The notes: generated by a model from the sequence alone, not told the origin. 64,000 nt of DNA from Fibrobacterales bacterium (GCA_051532055.1 JAOPTX010000025.1:1-64000); one strand, 5' to 3'; counted from the first letter of the stretch, positions 39,988-51,118 are shown. A program made the numbers and translations.

Positions 39988-41010
39988 ATGAGTGAAAATC
40001 CGCAAGTTCAAATTGAAGATGATGAAATAGACTTAATGACATTAATTAAAATACTTTGGGATCGAAGACTTATTATTGGCGTAACCTTTGTGTTGTTTAC
40101 AGTTATCGCTGGATTACTACCTATTGTTTTAACACCCCAGTTTGATTCTGTATCAAAATGGCTCCCAAATCAGAAGTCTGGTGGTGGGGCGGGGCAATTA
40201 TCTAGTTTGGCCGCTTTAGCGGGAGTTAATATGGGGGGGGCATCTACGGAAGATTATGAGGCTCATTATGATGAAATACTAAAATCACCGTTACTACTAG
40301 ATTCACTGATTTTTAGAAAGTGGTGCTTGAGTTCGGGTGATTCTTTAACGTTATTAGAGATACTTAAGCTTGACTTTAGCGGCATTAATTTAGAGAAAAG
40401 TTATGTAACAAAACAAATGCTAATACATAACTCCTTATACGGTTATTTATCTCAAACCATACAGTTTGAAAGAACGGCAACTGCATTTTCACTAACTATT
40501 CAAACGATTGATCCTGTTTTGTCATATGAAATAAATAATTACCTGCTGTATCTTTTAAAGGCATATTCAGAGAGTGAGAAGAGCTCTAAAGCAAAAAAAG
40601 AGCGATTGTTTGTAGAAGAGAGGTATAAAGAATTTAAAAATGATTTGAAATCTGCAGAGGCAAAATTAAAGAAATTTCGTGAAAATAATATGAATATTAA
40701 CTCACCAAATTTAATGTTGAGTCAACAAAGGTTAATACGAGAAGTTGAAATATATAATCAATTAGTTATTGAGTTCAGAAAGCAACTTGAACTTGCTAAA
40801 ATTGAAGAGATTAAAAAAATACCTGAATTCAATGTTGTTCAGGAGCCTACAGTGCCTATTTCAAAATCTAAACCTAAAAAGAAGCTTATACTGATTGCGG
40901 GGGGCGTTCTTGGATTAATTATTGGTTGTTTATTTGCATTTATACTTGGGTGGTGGAGTGAACATAAAGAAATTATTTTATATCGACTTAATACAAAAAA
41001 ATCTAAATAA
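39988..41010 (+). CDS. wzz: Polysaccharide chain-length determinant (Wzz/GNVR-type)
   Basis: DDEIDLMTLIKILW, two TM helices, coiled coil, EPTVP..KSKPKKKLILI. Confidence 0.88.
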   Translation: MSENPQVQIEDDEIDLMTLIKILWDRRLIIGVTFVLFTVIAGLLPIVLTPQFDSVSKWLPNQKSGGGAGQLSSLAALAGVNMGGASTEDYEAHYDEILKSPLLLDSLIFRKWCLSSGDSLTLLEILKLDFSGINLEKSYVTKQMLIHNSLYGYLSQTIQFERTATAFSLTIQTIDPVLSYEINNYLLYLLKAYSESEKSSKAKKERLFVEERYKEFKNDLKSAEAKLKKFRENNMNINSPNLMLSQQRLIREVEIYNQLVIEFRKQLELAKIEEIKKIPEFNVVQEPTVPISKSKPKKKLILIAGGVLGLIIGCLFAFILGWWSEHKEIILYRLNTKKSK

Positions 41011-41260
41011 CGGCCCACAAAAGCAAAATTCAACATCGATAAAATTGGTAAGTAATTGAGATTAGGCTCTTTCTTTTAAAACTTGGAAAAGGTAGAAACT
41101 AGTAAATCACCCATGCTTAATATTATTTGTTGCCGTTTACTTGTATGAACCGTTGATTGGTGAAAAGAAAATGGGAAAAGCATTAGAGAAGAGCTGAGAA
41201 TTTATTAATCTTTTAGTATTTTTATCATATTGATTGAAATATGATATTTTGGAGTAACAA

Positions 41261-42334
41261 GTGTCAAAAATAGCCCTAATTACAGGTATTACAGGTCAAG
41301 ATGGATCATATTTAGCTGAATTATTACTGGAAAAAGGATATGAAGTCCATGGAATAATTCGTCGATCATCTTCATTTAATACTGAAAGAATAGAACATCT
41401 ATACATTGATGATCTTATCAAAGACATCCATAACAAAAAAATAAAACTCCATTATGGAGACATGACAGATTCATCAAACTTAATCCGTATCATAAAAGAT
41501 GTAAACCCTGCTGAAATCTATAATCTCGCAGCCCAATCTCATGTAAAAGTATCGTTTGAAGTACCAGAATTTACCGCGGATACTGATGGTATAGGCACCC
41601 TTCGAATACTCGAAGCAGTACGTTTTTTAGGAATGGAAAAAACATGCCGCATATACCAAGCATCAACGTCAGAACTGTATGGTAAAGTAGCAGAAGTACC
41701 ACAAACAGAGACAACCCCATTTTACCCACGATCACCTTATGGTGTTGCTAAATTGTATGGATATTGGATTACAAAAAACTATCGTGAAGCGTATGATATT
41801 TTTGCTTGTAATGGTATCCTCTTTAATCATGAGTCACCGCGCCGAGGTGAAACATTTGTTACTCGAAAAATTACCCTTGCAGCGTCTAGAATTAAAGAAG
41901 GTCTTCAAGAGAAGCTGTATCTCGGTAATATGGATGCGCTTCGTGACTGGGGCTTTGCTAAAGATTATGTTGAGTGTATGTGGCTTATTCTTCAAGCTGA
42001 CAAACCAGAAGATTGGGTAATTGCAACGGGCGAGATGCACTCTGTTCGGGAATTTGTTACCCTTTCATTTAAACATGCAGGTATTGACATAGAATGGCAA
42101 GGTGTTGGTGTTGATGAAAAAGGTATTGATAAAGCTTCAGGTAAAGTATTGGTAGAAGTAGATCCTCAATATTTTAGACCTACAGAGGTTGAGCAGCTTT
42201 TAGGAGACCCAACAAAGGCTCGAGAAAAGCTTGGCTGGAATCCTACGGCAACATCATTTGAAGAACTGGTCCGTTTGATGATGGAATCTGATTTGAAAAA
42301 AGTTGCTAAAGAAAAAATTCTTAGAGAACATTAG
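41261..42334 (+). CDS. gmd: GDP-mannose 4,6-dehydratase
   Basis: [61 protein letters not shown]. Confidence 0.97.
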   Translation: MSKIALITGITGQDGSYLAELLLEKGYEVHGIIRRSSSFNTERIEHLYIDDLIKDIHNKKIKLHYGDMTDSSNLIRIIKDVNPAEIYNLAAQSHVKVSFEVPEFTADTDGIGTLRILEAVRFLGMEKTCRIYQASTSELYGKVAEVPQTETTPFYPRSPYGVAKLYGYWITKNYREAYDIFACNGILFNHESPRRGETFVTRKITLAASRIKEGLQEKLYLGNMDALRDWGFAKDYVECMWLILQADKPEDWVIATGEMHSVREFVTLSFKHAGIDIEWQGVGVDEKGIDKASGKVLVEVDPQYFRPTEVEQLLGDPTKAREKLGWNPTATSFEELVRLMMESDLKKVAKEKILREH

Positions 42335-42356
42335 GTTACAATAATATTATATAAGT

Positions 42357-42386
42357 AGGCCTTCCAGGAATGGAAGGCCTTTTTTT
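42357..42386 (+). terminator. Rho-independent terminator between gmd and fcl
   Basis: aggccttcca-ggaa-tggaaggcct followed by a T-run. Confidence 0.8.
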
Positions 42387-42403
42387 GAACGTATAGGATA
42401 AAA

Positions 42404-43456
42404 ATGGAAAAATCAGCAAAAATTTATGTAGCAGGTCACATGGGCCTTGTAGGAAGTGCACTCGTTCGAAACCTTAAGTCTAAAGGGTACACAAACATCA
42501 TAGGAAGGTCTTTTTTAGAGCTTGACCTCAGAGATCAAAAAGTAGTTGCTGAATTTTTTGAACAAGAAAAACCTGACTATGTGATCCTTGCTGCAGCAAA
42601 AGTTGGTGGCATAGTTGCAAACAACACTTATCGTGCAGATTTTATCTATGAAAACCTCCAGATTCAAAATAATGTTATTCATCAGTGTTATGTATCTGGA
42701 GTAAAAAAGCTTCTTTTCTTAGGCTCTAGCTGTATTTACCCTAAACTGGCCCCTCAGCCTATGCCTGAACAATGCCTCCTAACTTCTGAGCTTGAGTATA
42801 CTAATGAACCCTATGCGATAGCAAAGATAGCAGGGCTCAAAATGTGCGAAGCTTATAATGTTCAGTATGGCACAAATTTTATCGCAGTAATGCCTACAAA
42901 CCTCTATGGGGAAAATGATAATTTTGACCTAGAAAAGTCTCATGTACTTCCGGCGCTTATCCGAAAAATGCATTTAGCTAAGCTTCTGGAGGCGGGAGAC
43001 GAGAAGGGTGTATTGGGTAACCTTGGTGTTTCAACTATGGAAGAGGCTCAAGAGACTCTATCGAAATATGGAGTGACAGGTGATTCCGTTACAATATGGG
43101 GAACGGGAAAGCCAATGAGAGAGTTCTTGTATTCGGATGATATGGCAGATGCGTGTGTCCATCTTCTCGAATCTATAGATTTTCAAGATATTGTAAAAAA
43201 CCTTCCAACAGGCCAAGTAATTAATACACATATCAACATTGGCACCGGTATAGACTTGACGATAGGTGAATTGGCCCAAAAGGTGAAAGAAATTGTCGGG
43301 TTTGGAGGAAAGCTAGTGTTTGATACTGATAAACCAGATGGTACCATGAAAAAACTCCAAGATGTTACTATGCTCCATAAATTGGGCTGGAAGCATACTA
43401 TTGAACTTGATGATGGCATTGGACGTCTCTACAAGTGGTACACTGATAGAATTTAG
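42404..43456 (+). CDS. fcl: GDP-L-fucose synthase
   Basis: [53 protein letters not shown]. Confidence 0.96.
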   Translation: MEKSAKIYVAGHMGLVGSALVRNLKSKGYTNIIGRSFLELDLRDQKVVAEFFEQEKPDYVILAAAKVGGIVANNTYRADFIYENLQIQNNVIHQCYVSGVKKLLFLGSSCIYPKLAPQPMPEQCLLTSELEYTNEPYAIAKIAGLKMCEAYNVQYGTNFIAVMPTNLYGENDNFDLEKSHVLPALIRKMHLAKLLEAGDEKGVLGNLGVSTMEEAQETLSKYGVTGDSVTIWGTGKPMREFLYSDDMADACVHLLESIDFQDIVKNLPTGQVINTHINIGTGIDLTIGELAQKVKEIVGFGGKLVFDTDKPDGTMKKLQDVTMLHKLGWKHTIELDDGIGRLYKWYTDRI

Positions 43457-43543
43457 AATTCTAAACTCTGAGTACCAAAATGATGGCTTTTTGCTCACCT
43501 TTTTGGTATTATTTGATACACATTTCCAATAGAAGTAAGCTTA

Positions 43544-44290
43544 ATGGCCGACACTATCCGCATTGCTCAAATCTCTGATATACATATCGGTCCTACCGAT
43601 GCGGTATCAAATGGTGTGGATACCCGAGAGCATTTCCATAGAGTCATGGAAGATGTTGTTGCTATTGGGGTTGACTTGGTTGTTCTCAGTGGCGATATTG
43701 CTCTTGAAAATGGAGAGCCTGAGGCTTATGAATGGGTTATTGAGGAGATGTCTCGCTATCCTGTGCTCTATGAGGTGATGTCAGGGAATCATGATAAAGT
43801 AGATATATTATGCAACGCTTTTGAACTTAAAGAGCATATTCATGATGGTGAGCTCTATTTTAAGGTTGACTTTAACAAGAAGCGGATGTTGTTTCTCGAT
43901 AGTACTCCTGGAACGATGAGTAGTCAACAGCTCCATTGGGTAAAAAATCATTCTGACAACTATACCGGTGATATTTTAGTATTTGTACATCATCCAATTC
44001 AGTTGGCAGATTGTCAATTTATGGATAGTCACTATGCTCTTAAAAATAGAGATGAGGTCAAGAAGGCTTTTACACCCCTGAAGAACATTCATCATATTTT
44101 CACCGGTCATTATCATACCGAAAAAACAATACAATTTAATGATCACCAAACAATGTATATTACGCCCTCTACTCAAATTCAAATAAAAGAAAATAACGCT
44201 GAGTTTGAAATCGCAAGTACAACCCCCGGGTGGCGCCTCATAGAGTGGGATGGAAAGCAGTTGAGTACAAGTGTTCGCTACGTGAAATAA
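43544..44290 (+). CDS. Metallophosphoesterase (CpdA/Icc-like)
   Basis: QISDIH, SGDI, GNHD, HHP, GHYH. Confidence 0.85.
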   Translation: MADTIRIAQISDIHIGPTDAVSNGVDTREHFHRVMEDVVAIGVDLVVLSGDIALENGEPEAYEWVIEEMSRYPVLYEVMSGNHDKVDILCNAFELKEHIHDGELYFKVDFNKKRMLFLDSTPGTMSSQQLHWVKNHSDNYTGDILVFVHHPIQLADCQFMDSHYALKNRDEVKKAFTPLKNIHHIFTGHYHTEKTIQFNDHQTMYITPSTQIQIKENNAEFEIASTTPGWRLIEWDGKQLSTSVRYVK

Positions 44291-44392
44291 CAATTCTGAA
44301 TTCTGAATTCTATACATAGCCTACCCACAGGAGCTCCTTTTTTTCTATAATTCCTAACTAATTGTTATCACCCATTTTATAAAGAAATTCCT

Positions 44393-47086
44393 ATGAAAAA
44401 ATCAGTATTGGTACTCCTTATACTTTCAGTTTATGGCCTTTTTGCCTATGGTGAAAATTTAACACCAGAGCAAATGCAGCAGTTGAGTCAAATGGTGAAT
44501 AATCAAAATGGAAACCCTGCGAATAATCAAGGTAATACGGGTGGAGCTCAGCAAGAGTTTATGCAGCGTGATGAAAATGGTAATCCTAAACAAGGGTCAC
44601 TGAAGGTGCTTGGCTTGAGCAAAAGAGATTCTACTGATATGATTCTTCAGTATGAGGAGCAAATTAAACTAGATAGTCTTCGGTCTATTCTCGACAGTGC
44701 AGAGATTGACACGATCTTAGTATCTGATGAAGCATTGGTCGGTGATAGTATCAATTTAAGCCCCTACACATTAGATAGTTTAGTTTTTCTTGATAGTCTT
44801 TTCCATGATAGTCTTTTTAATGATAGTCTTTCACAGGATAGTATTGATCGCAAATTTCGTATTTATGGTCTTGAAGTATTTGAACAAGAAGTAACTATTG
44901 AATCAAATGTAAGTGACGTTCCAGAGGATTATAAGGTTGTGGAGGGTGATAAAATTCATCTGCAACTTTGGGGAAGTCAAAACATAGAGAAGACCTACAC
45001 GGTCGGTAAGGGAGGAGATGTTTTCTTTGATTTGATCAATAAAAAAATACAAGCAATTGGTCTCACCTATAGAAAGTTGAAAACAATTGTACAGCGGGCC
45101 ATGAAAAAAGTGGGATCACAGGGTGATGTGAGTCTACTTGCTGTACATGCCTATAGAATTCATTTTAGCGGAAATGTTAAAAATCATGGATCAGAAGTTG
45201 TTCCGCCCTACTACCCTTTTTGGAAGGTGTTACTTCTAACTAAAGGGCCAAATAATTATGGTTCCTTACGTAATATTCAAGTAATCCGAAATAATAAGAA
45301 AATGGCCACCTTTGACCTCTATGCTTTTTTAGAGACCGGGAAAATGCCAAAGATAACTTTGCAAAATGATGATGTTATATATTTTGGGCAACGAGAAAAT
45401 GTGGTAGATGTGAAGGGTTTCGTTCGCAGAGAAGGGGTCTATGAACTTAAAATAGGTGAGACCTTTGATAAATTAGTCACTTGGGCGGCAGGCCTTAAGA
45501 ATGATGCCCCAGTGTCATCAGTGATTGAAATTAGGCGTCCGGTTCCACTCAATAAACGTACAGATCCCCGTAAGGCATTTGAGTATTTAGCGGTTGATCT
45601 CACGAAAGATTACTCCAAAATTGAGATGGCTGATGGTGATGAGGCTTATGCAAATGTAATTGAAGCACTTTCTGGAAACTTTGTCTATCTCAAGGGAGAT
45701 GGTTTTAAAAACCCGGGCAAATATACCCTTCCAAAAGAGGGAACTACAGCTTTTACCTTTATAAATTTACATGGTGGTCTGCGTCCTGGCTTTAAACCAA
45801 AGGGTGAAGTCGTGAGCGACCTAGACACTAACAAAATTGCTGTTTCCATTGATCTCACCGATAGTGATTTTTTGAAATCAATTATTTTACAGGATAAGGA
45901 TACTATTAGTGCGTATCATAAGATGCAGGACTTAGATACTGCGTTTAGGAAAATAAGTATCAGAGGGTATGTACGTGAGCCGATTGAAGTACCTTATGCA
46001 GAGGGGATGACTCTTGCTGCGGCACTGAGGCAGGGGCTAGGTATTAAAGCAGGAGGATTGAGTGAAGTCTATGTGAAGTTTAAAGATGAATTGGGGAAAG
46101 TGAGTTATTTAAAAGTAGACCTTGTCAAGGATGACCCTGAGAGCGTCATTCTTCAACAAAATACTGAAGTCTTTACTTTTGACACCGATAAAATGGATCC
46201 TAAACTTCCTATTGTCGTTCTTGCGCCAGATAAAGAACCTCTGACTCTTGACTATTCAGAAGACCTCAATTTAGATGTTATTGTGAAAAGGCTTGAAGGA
46301 CTCCCTTTTGATATAGATTCAAATAATGTTGAGATCAACAAGCCGTTATTTGACTCAGAGAATGCATTTGAGACTCGTACTTATAAATTGGCAAAAGGTC
46401 CTCTCTTTAATAGTACTCTGATATCGGCAGGTGATGTGATTATTTTTAGACGAGATATTAAGAAAGAAGATGCTGGTTATGTTATTATGAGAGGTGAGTT
46501 TAGAACACCTGGTAAATATGTATTAACCTCGGCTCAGGAATCTATGGAGTCAGTAATATTTAAAGCAGGTGGAGTGCGCCCTCGTGCTAATATTTTCTCT
46601 TTGCGTTTACAAAGAAGAGATGGCATTGAGCCAATTCCAGTTGATGCAGAATTTGATGGCGAAGATGTTGAGTTTGAGCAAACCTGGTATTTGAATAGTG
46701 GTGATACAGTTACTATTGATAAAAATAATAACACTGTTGAGATTTCAGGGTCTGTCTTGAACCCGACAAAGGTTTCTTATCGAGAGAGCTATGACTGGGA
46801 AGATTATATTGATTATGGTGCGGGTGGTGCACTTGATACGGCGGATGTAAGAAAAGCCTACGTTAGATATCCTAATGGTAAAAGCTTAAAGTTATCTCAG
46901 GGGTTTTTCTCTTCACCTGAAATCGTTCCTGGCGCAAAAATTGTAGTTCCAGAAAAGCCCTTTATTCCACCTGATGCTCCAGAACCTCAAACTCAGTGGG
47001 GAATTATTCTCCCAGGTATCGCGGCAATTATTACAGCTCTGGGTGCCATTGTTACCACAGCAATTGCAGTATCAAACAGTAATTAA
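44393..47086 (+). CDS. SLBB-domain polysaccharide export protein (Wza/KpsD-like)
   Basis: Signal peptide; DY...GDKIHLQLWG, GSLRNIQVIR, FDLYAFL, multiple G.V..PG.Y SLBB repeats, PGAKIVVPEK, C-terminal helix. Confidence 0.85.
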   Translation: MKKSVLVLLILSVYGLFAYGENLTPEQMQQLSQMVNNQNGNPANNQGNTGGAQQEFMQRDENGNPKQGSLKVLGLSKRDSTDMILQYEEQIKLDSLRSILDSAEIDTILVSDEALVGDSINLSPYTLDSLVFLDSLFHDSLFNDSLSQDSIDRKFRIYGLEVFEQEVTIESNVSDVPEDYKVVEGDKIHLQLWGSQNIEKTYTVGKGGDVFFDLINKKIQAIGLTYRKLKTIVQRAMKKVGSQGDVSLLAVHAYRIHFSGNVKNHGSEVVPPYYPFWKVLLLTKGPNNYGSLRNIQVIRNNKKMATFDLYAFLETGKMPKITLQNDDVIYFGQRENVVDVKGFVRREGVYELKIGETFDKLVTWAAGLKNDAPVSSVIEIRRPVPLNKRTDPRKAFEYLAVDLTKDYSKIEMADGDEAYANVIEALSGNFVYLKGDGFKNPGKYTLPKEGTTAFTFINLHGGLRPGFKPKGEVVSDLDTNKIAVSIDLTDSDFLKSIILQDKDTISAYHKMQDLDTAFRKISIRGYVREPIEVPYAEGMTLAAALRQGLGIKAGGLSEVYVKFKDELGKVSYLKVDLVKDDPESVILQQNTEVFTFDTDKMDPKLPIVVLAPDKEPLTLDYSEDLNLDVIVKRLEGLPFDIDSNNVEINKPLFDSENAFETRTYKLAKGPLFNSTLISAGDVIIFRRDIKKEDAGYVIMRGEFRTPGKYVLTSAQESMESVIFKAGGVRPRANIFSLRLQRRDGIEPIPVDAEFDGEDVEFEQTWYLNSGDTVTIDKNNNTVEISGSVLNPTKVSYRESYDWEDYIDYGAGGALDTADVRKAYVRYPNGKSLKLSQGFFSSPEIVPGAKIVVPEKPFIPPDAPEPQTQWGIILPGIAAIITALGAIVTTAIAVSNSN

Positions 47087-47132
47087 CGGAGCAATTACTA
47101 GATAGTAGTTTCAGAAAATAGACCTAAGAAAT

Positions 47133-47210
47133 AAAAAAGGCCTCCGAAAATCTGGAGGCCTTAACTTTATCAAAATAGAAGAGCATTACCCAATCGGATA
47201 ATGCTCTTCT
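47133..47210. terminator. Two hairpins between convergent genes
   Basis: aaaaaaggcctcc..ggaggcctt (U-tract on the minus strand) and agaagagcatta..taatgctcttct. Confidence 0.75.
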
Positions 47211-47227
47211 GATATATCATATAGTAA

Positions 47228-50200
47228 TTATGCAAGGCGAGGCTTAAGAGCCACTTCTACTTTAACAATAGCACCTTTCTTATCAAAGATTGCCATAGAG
47301 GTCTCAGCATCAATAATTTCACCTTTAATAGCAGTTGTAGAGCCATCTTTTTTGGTAACAATAATAGAGGTCTCTTCTGCAAGAGAGTAGACTACAGGAA
47401 CCTGACAGTAGGTAAAGCCAAGTTGTGCAGTTTCAAGTGTTACAGACTGCTTGTCACCCGCTACATCAAAATACTTGAGTGCTGATGGGGCAGAGAGGAA
47501 CTCTGATTTTCTGAGGATTACTGGGTTAAAGGTGATTTGACCTTCTTTAACAACTACACCAAGTTCGATTTGGCGAGTAATCACCTCTTCTTTCACTTGA
47601 CCAGTCATACCTGGCTGTTTTGCGCCGGCGAATCCTGGAGTGTGTGAGTATGGGTCTGTTGGGAATGCACCATATACTTTAGGATCTTTGTTGAAGCCAA
47701 TGCCTGCACGGATGTCATAGTAGAGGTCAACGAGTTTTCCAACAGTCTCAGCATCTTCACCTTGCTCAACTGCTGCTTGATAGTTTTCAAGAGCGGCAAG
47801 GAGGAGTTTTGATACCATGTGCCAGTAGATTGACCCGAGGCCTTCATAGGCATACATGCCGCCTGAACGGCCCGTAAATGCTATGTGGTTAAAGATGCCT
47901 TCAAAGATCTCTTCTATAAGGCTCTCGTCTTTGGCAACGAGATCTGCATAGCCATTAGATTTAAGAGTAGTTAATACTGCCTTAGCGCTGTCAACGTTGT
48001 TGAATGAACCGTTGAAGTGGTATTCACCCTGAGAGTCAAGCTCTACGAGAGAAGTGTCGCCATTGGCAATGAGCGTTTTAAGGAGTTCAGATTTATCAAA
48101 CTCAGCTTTTGGGATAATGTTTTTATCGACAAAGCGGGTAAGTTCACGATTCGGATACAGAAGGTATGAGTGTTGACGCTCTGTGTAGATCGCTGATTTT
48201 CTGAGTGACGTGAGTACATCAATCGCTTCTTTAGGGCTCAGGTAGCCAGAAGAGAGTACTGATACCTGGCCTTCGAGCATTTCGTAGAGGTATTTCACTT
48301 CAACACCAGACTCAGTTGCTGTCATAAGGTTGTATGCATGATAAAGGCCATCTTCACGTCTGTTTGCACGGATTGTGTGATCAATATACTCAAGTGAGAT
48401 CTCGAAGAATTTGATAAGGTCAGCTGTTTTAGCTACAACACGGTCACCAGAGAATGCGTTTTTATACACGTCAGTTCTGAAGTCACATCCTGCTTTACCA
48501 AGGCGATCAAGTACTGCTTTACGGTCAGCATCGTTGATTTTACCTGCGAGAAGGTCTTTGTGATCTTCAAAAGTTGCATTGATCGAAACGAGAAGGTTGT
48601 GGATCTCTTTAGAGAGCTCTACTTCTTGGAGGTCTATTGATTTGAAGAGGTCGAGCATGTACTGCTGGTAACGACGAGTGTAGTAAAGTGTTACCATTGA
48701 AACACCAAAACCTACAAGAGCATTGTTTGCATCATTCCATTCTGGACGTTGGGTGTTCATCCAAATTCCACCTTCAGGTATGAAGTTAGAAAGCTTTGAA
48801 AGAACAGCAGCAAGAAGTTTTTCTGTAAGATTGACATGCATTACCGAACCTTCATGGTTCCAGATAAGTTTTCCGTCAGAACCAACTTCTTCAGTACGGC
48901 TATTTATAAGAGCATCACGTGAATCATCATAGTCGATGGTGTTACGTGGGTCTTTGAGAAGATCGTCGTATGATTTAAGGCTATAAGGGACGTTTGCATA
49001 GGCAAAAATCTCTTTGGTTAAGAACTCTTTAAGAGTACCTGGGTGGTGGTCTTTAGAGAACTCAAGGAATTTTAGGAGATAGATGATCTGATGATCACCC
49101 CAGTAACCGATGTTTGACCAAGGGTCGTGTGCATCGAGCTTTTCCCAGTCGATACCTTTTTTGGTGATACGGTATGGGTTGTATCCGTCAGCAGTTGTTG
49201 CATTCACGAATTTACAGATCATTGACTCAATAAAGTTAGGAATTGAGAACGATAGCGCTTCCCAGTTTTGGAAAATATCTCTCCAGTTACCTTGGAAGTT
49301 AAGAAGCTTTGAACCATCTTCATTTTTAAGTTCAATAGCAAATTTATTCCATGGACGAGATGGATCACCGTGACGGCGACTAAAGGTGAGTGGAAGATAC
49401 TCATAACAAAGACGTTCGAGGTTTGCATCACGTTTTGCTGTTGCCGCTTTGATAAGGTCAGAGTAGTGCATTGTGTCAGCAAGACCTGCAAAGAAACCTT
49501 CAAATTGAGCGTATACTTTAGAGTTAAAGTTTTTTACGAAGTTGATGAGATCGCTTTTGCCGACAGTGTAGTTGTCATCAAAAAGTCCACCACGCATTAC
49601 GTTAAAAAGAACGTTCGAGAAGTGGTGATTTGAGCTGAGTACATCTTCAGTAACTTGAAGACCATCAGCGTTACCAACGATGCGTGAAAGATTATCTGAA
49701 CCTTCTGTAACATCAGCGTATACTTCTGCGCGAATGTTTTTGTCTGCTTTAATATAAGCGATAAGGTCTTTTACTTCTGAAGGACCTTGATTGATCTCTG
49801 CAATAATGTTCCACTCTTCCGAAGCATTAGCGGCAAGTGAGATCTCTGCATTAACAAAGTAGGCGCCACAGCGTCCACGAACATCAGTTTCTTCAATAAC
49901 AGGGAAACCATTACGGAACTCATCGAGTTGAATAGATGATACAAGCTTTTTAGAACCTTTAAGGCCTTCTGACCAAACAGTAGTAGTTGAAAGTGCTTCA
50001 GATGGCTCAGCACGGTCTACCAAGATAGAACTCATAGAGTACATACCAAGACCAGATGCTGGGTCAAGTTCATTCTTTTTGTACGCATCAACAAGGCAAC
50101 TTACAGCCATTTGTGCATCTTGCTCAACACCATACGGGAGGAGGTTTTCGATACCATCAAGGATCTCAACAGTGATATTTCCTGCGCCAGTATTCGTGAG

Positions 50201-50692
50201 TTTTGAGGTTTTAACAAAACCAAATTTATCCGATGTGCTCCAACCATATTGAAAAGCAACACCGAGGTCGTTATTAATCTCTTCGAAAATAAGTTTATCA
50301 CCAACAACGTTTTTATAGATGTTGCGGGAAATGTTATAGACCCCATCAAAGTTCTCAGAGAATGGTTCCCAAAGTGACGTTTTACCTTCTTTGGTAACAA
50401 GTGCTACAGTGCGTGAACCGGTATAGCTTGAGTTGTTCGTAATTTTGTCGTCGGTATAGTAAGGGAAAAGTGCGTTTTCAGAATTAATTCTACCGGCAGA
50501 AAGTCCACCTTTTGTAGAAATATAGATCCAGTGATCAGAGTCACTCACAACACTGATGAAAAAAGGATCCATCTGGTTGAAGTTTGAAATTTTATAGAAT
50601 GTTTCTTCGTTGATAGAAACATATTGACCGGTAACTTCAGTCTTTTCGTTATGCTTTACTGCGTTGCCAAGATAAACAGTTTTTTGTGCCAT
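47228..50692 (-). CDS. Glycoside phosphorylase, likely GH149 beta-1,3-glucan phosphorylase
   Basis: 1154 aa, no signal peptide; FSRRHGDPSRPWN, QGNWRDIFQNWEAL, GYWGDHQIIYL, RPEWNDANNAL, YEGLGSIYWHM, GAFPTDPYSHTP match GH149 as recalled. Confidence 0.75.
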   Translation of the reverse strand: MAQKTVYLGNAVKHNEKTEVTGQYVSINEETFYKISNFNQMDPFFISVVSDSDHWIYISTKGGLSAGRINSENALFPYYTDDKITNNSSYTGSRTVALVTKEGKTSLWEPFSENFDGVYNISRNIYKNVVGDKLIFEEINNDLGVAFQYGWSTSDKFGFVKTSKLTNTGAGNITVEILDGIENLLPYGVEQDAQMAVSCLVDAYKKNELDPASGLGMYSMSSILVDRAEPSEALSTTTVWSEGLKGSKKLVSSIQLDEFRNGFPVIEETDVRGRCGAYFVNAEISLAANASEEWNIIAEINQGPSEVKDLIAYIKADKNIRAEVYADVTEGSDNLSRIVGNADGLQVTEDVLSSNHHFSNVLFNVMRGGLFDDNYTVGKSDLINFVKNFNSKVYAQFEGFFAGLADTMHYSDLIKAATAKRDANLERLCYEYLPLTFSRRHGDPSRPWNKFAIELKNEDGSKLLNFQGNWRDIFQNWEALSFSIPNFIESMICKFVNATTADGYNPYRITKKGIDWEKLDAHDPWSNIGYWGDHQIIYLLKFLEFSKDHHPGTLKEFLTKEIFAYANVPYSLKSYDDLLKDPRNTIDYDDSRDALINSRTEEVGSDGKLIWNHEGSVMHVNLTEKLLAAVLSKLSNFIPEGGIWMNTQRPEWNDANNALVGFGVSMVTLYYTRRYQQYMLDLFKSIDLQEVELSKEIHNLLVSINATFEDHKDLLAGKINDADRKAVLDRLGKAGCDFRTDVYKNAFSGDRVVAKTADLIKFFEISLEYIDHTIRANRREDGLYHAYNLMTATESGVEVKYLYEMLEGQVSVLSSGYLSPKEAIDVLTSLRKSAIYTERQHSYLLYPNRELTRFVDKNIIPKAEFDKSELLKTLIANGDTSLVELDSQGEYHFNGSFNNVDSAKAVLTTLKSNGYADLVAKDESLIEEIFEGIFNHIAFTGRSGGMYAYEGLGSIYWHMVSKLLLAALENYQAAVEQGEDAETVGKLVDLYYDIRAGIGFNKDPKVYGAFPTDPYSHTPGFAGAKQPGMTGQVKEEVITRQIELGVVVKEGQITFNPVILRKSEFLSAPSALKYFDVAGDKQSVTLETAQLGFTYCQVPVVYSLAEETSIIVTKKDGSTTAIKGEIIDAETSMAIFDKKGAIVKVEVALKPRLA

Positions 50693-51118
50693 CGTTTTCC
50701 CTATCTTTTGTGTAATGTCTTGTGTAAATCAGCATGGATTTGAGAGCAAATCGAACAAATTGACCCACGAGTCATCATTAATATTTCACGGATGAATTTA
50801 TATTAATAGTGTAAGAGAACAAAACAAAAATTGAAAAATATTGCCAAAAGTTGTGTTATTATATGGAGTTATCGCTTGTTGTCAATTGTACAATATAATG
50901 ATGTTGCTATTAGCTTTTTTGCTTTTGTATATATTTGCGCAATTAAAAGATGTGCATTCACGAGGAATGACCGGTTCAAAAATAAAATAGTAGGTTGAAA
51001 ATATAGAATGCTAAACAGTGCACTAAATATTGAGGCATTTATTTTAAAAAGGGTAATCCATATAAATTCCAAATGCATTTTATTACATTGGTCCGATCAA
51101 TACGCTCTAGGAATATTT

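Noticed and set aside
47605..50400. Many short overlapping ORFs within the phosphorylase gene and similar ones across the window
   Set aside because: They are alternative-frame or antisense by-products of codon bias, with no recognisable motifs.
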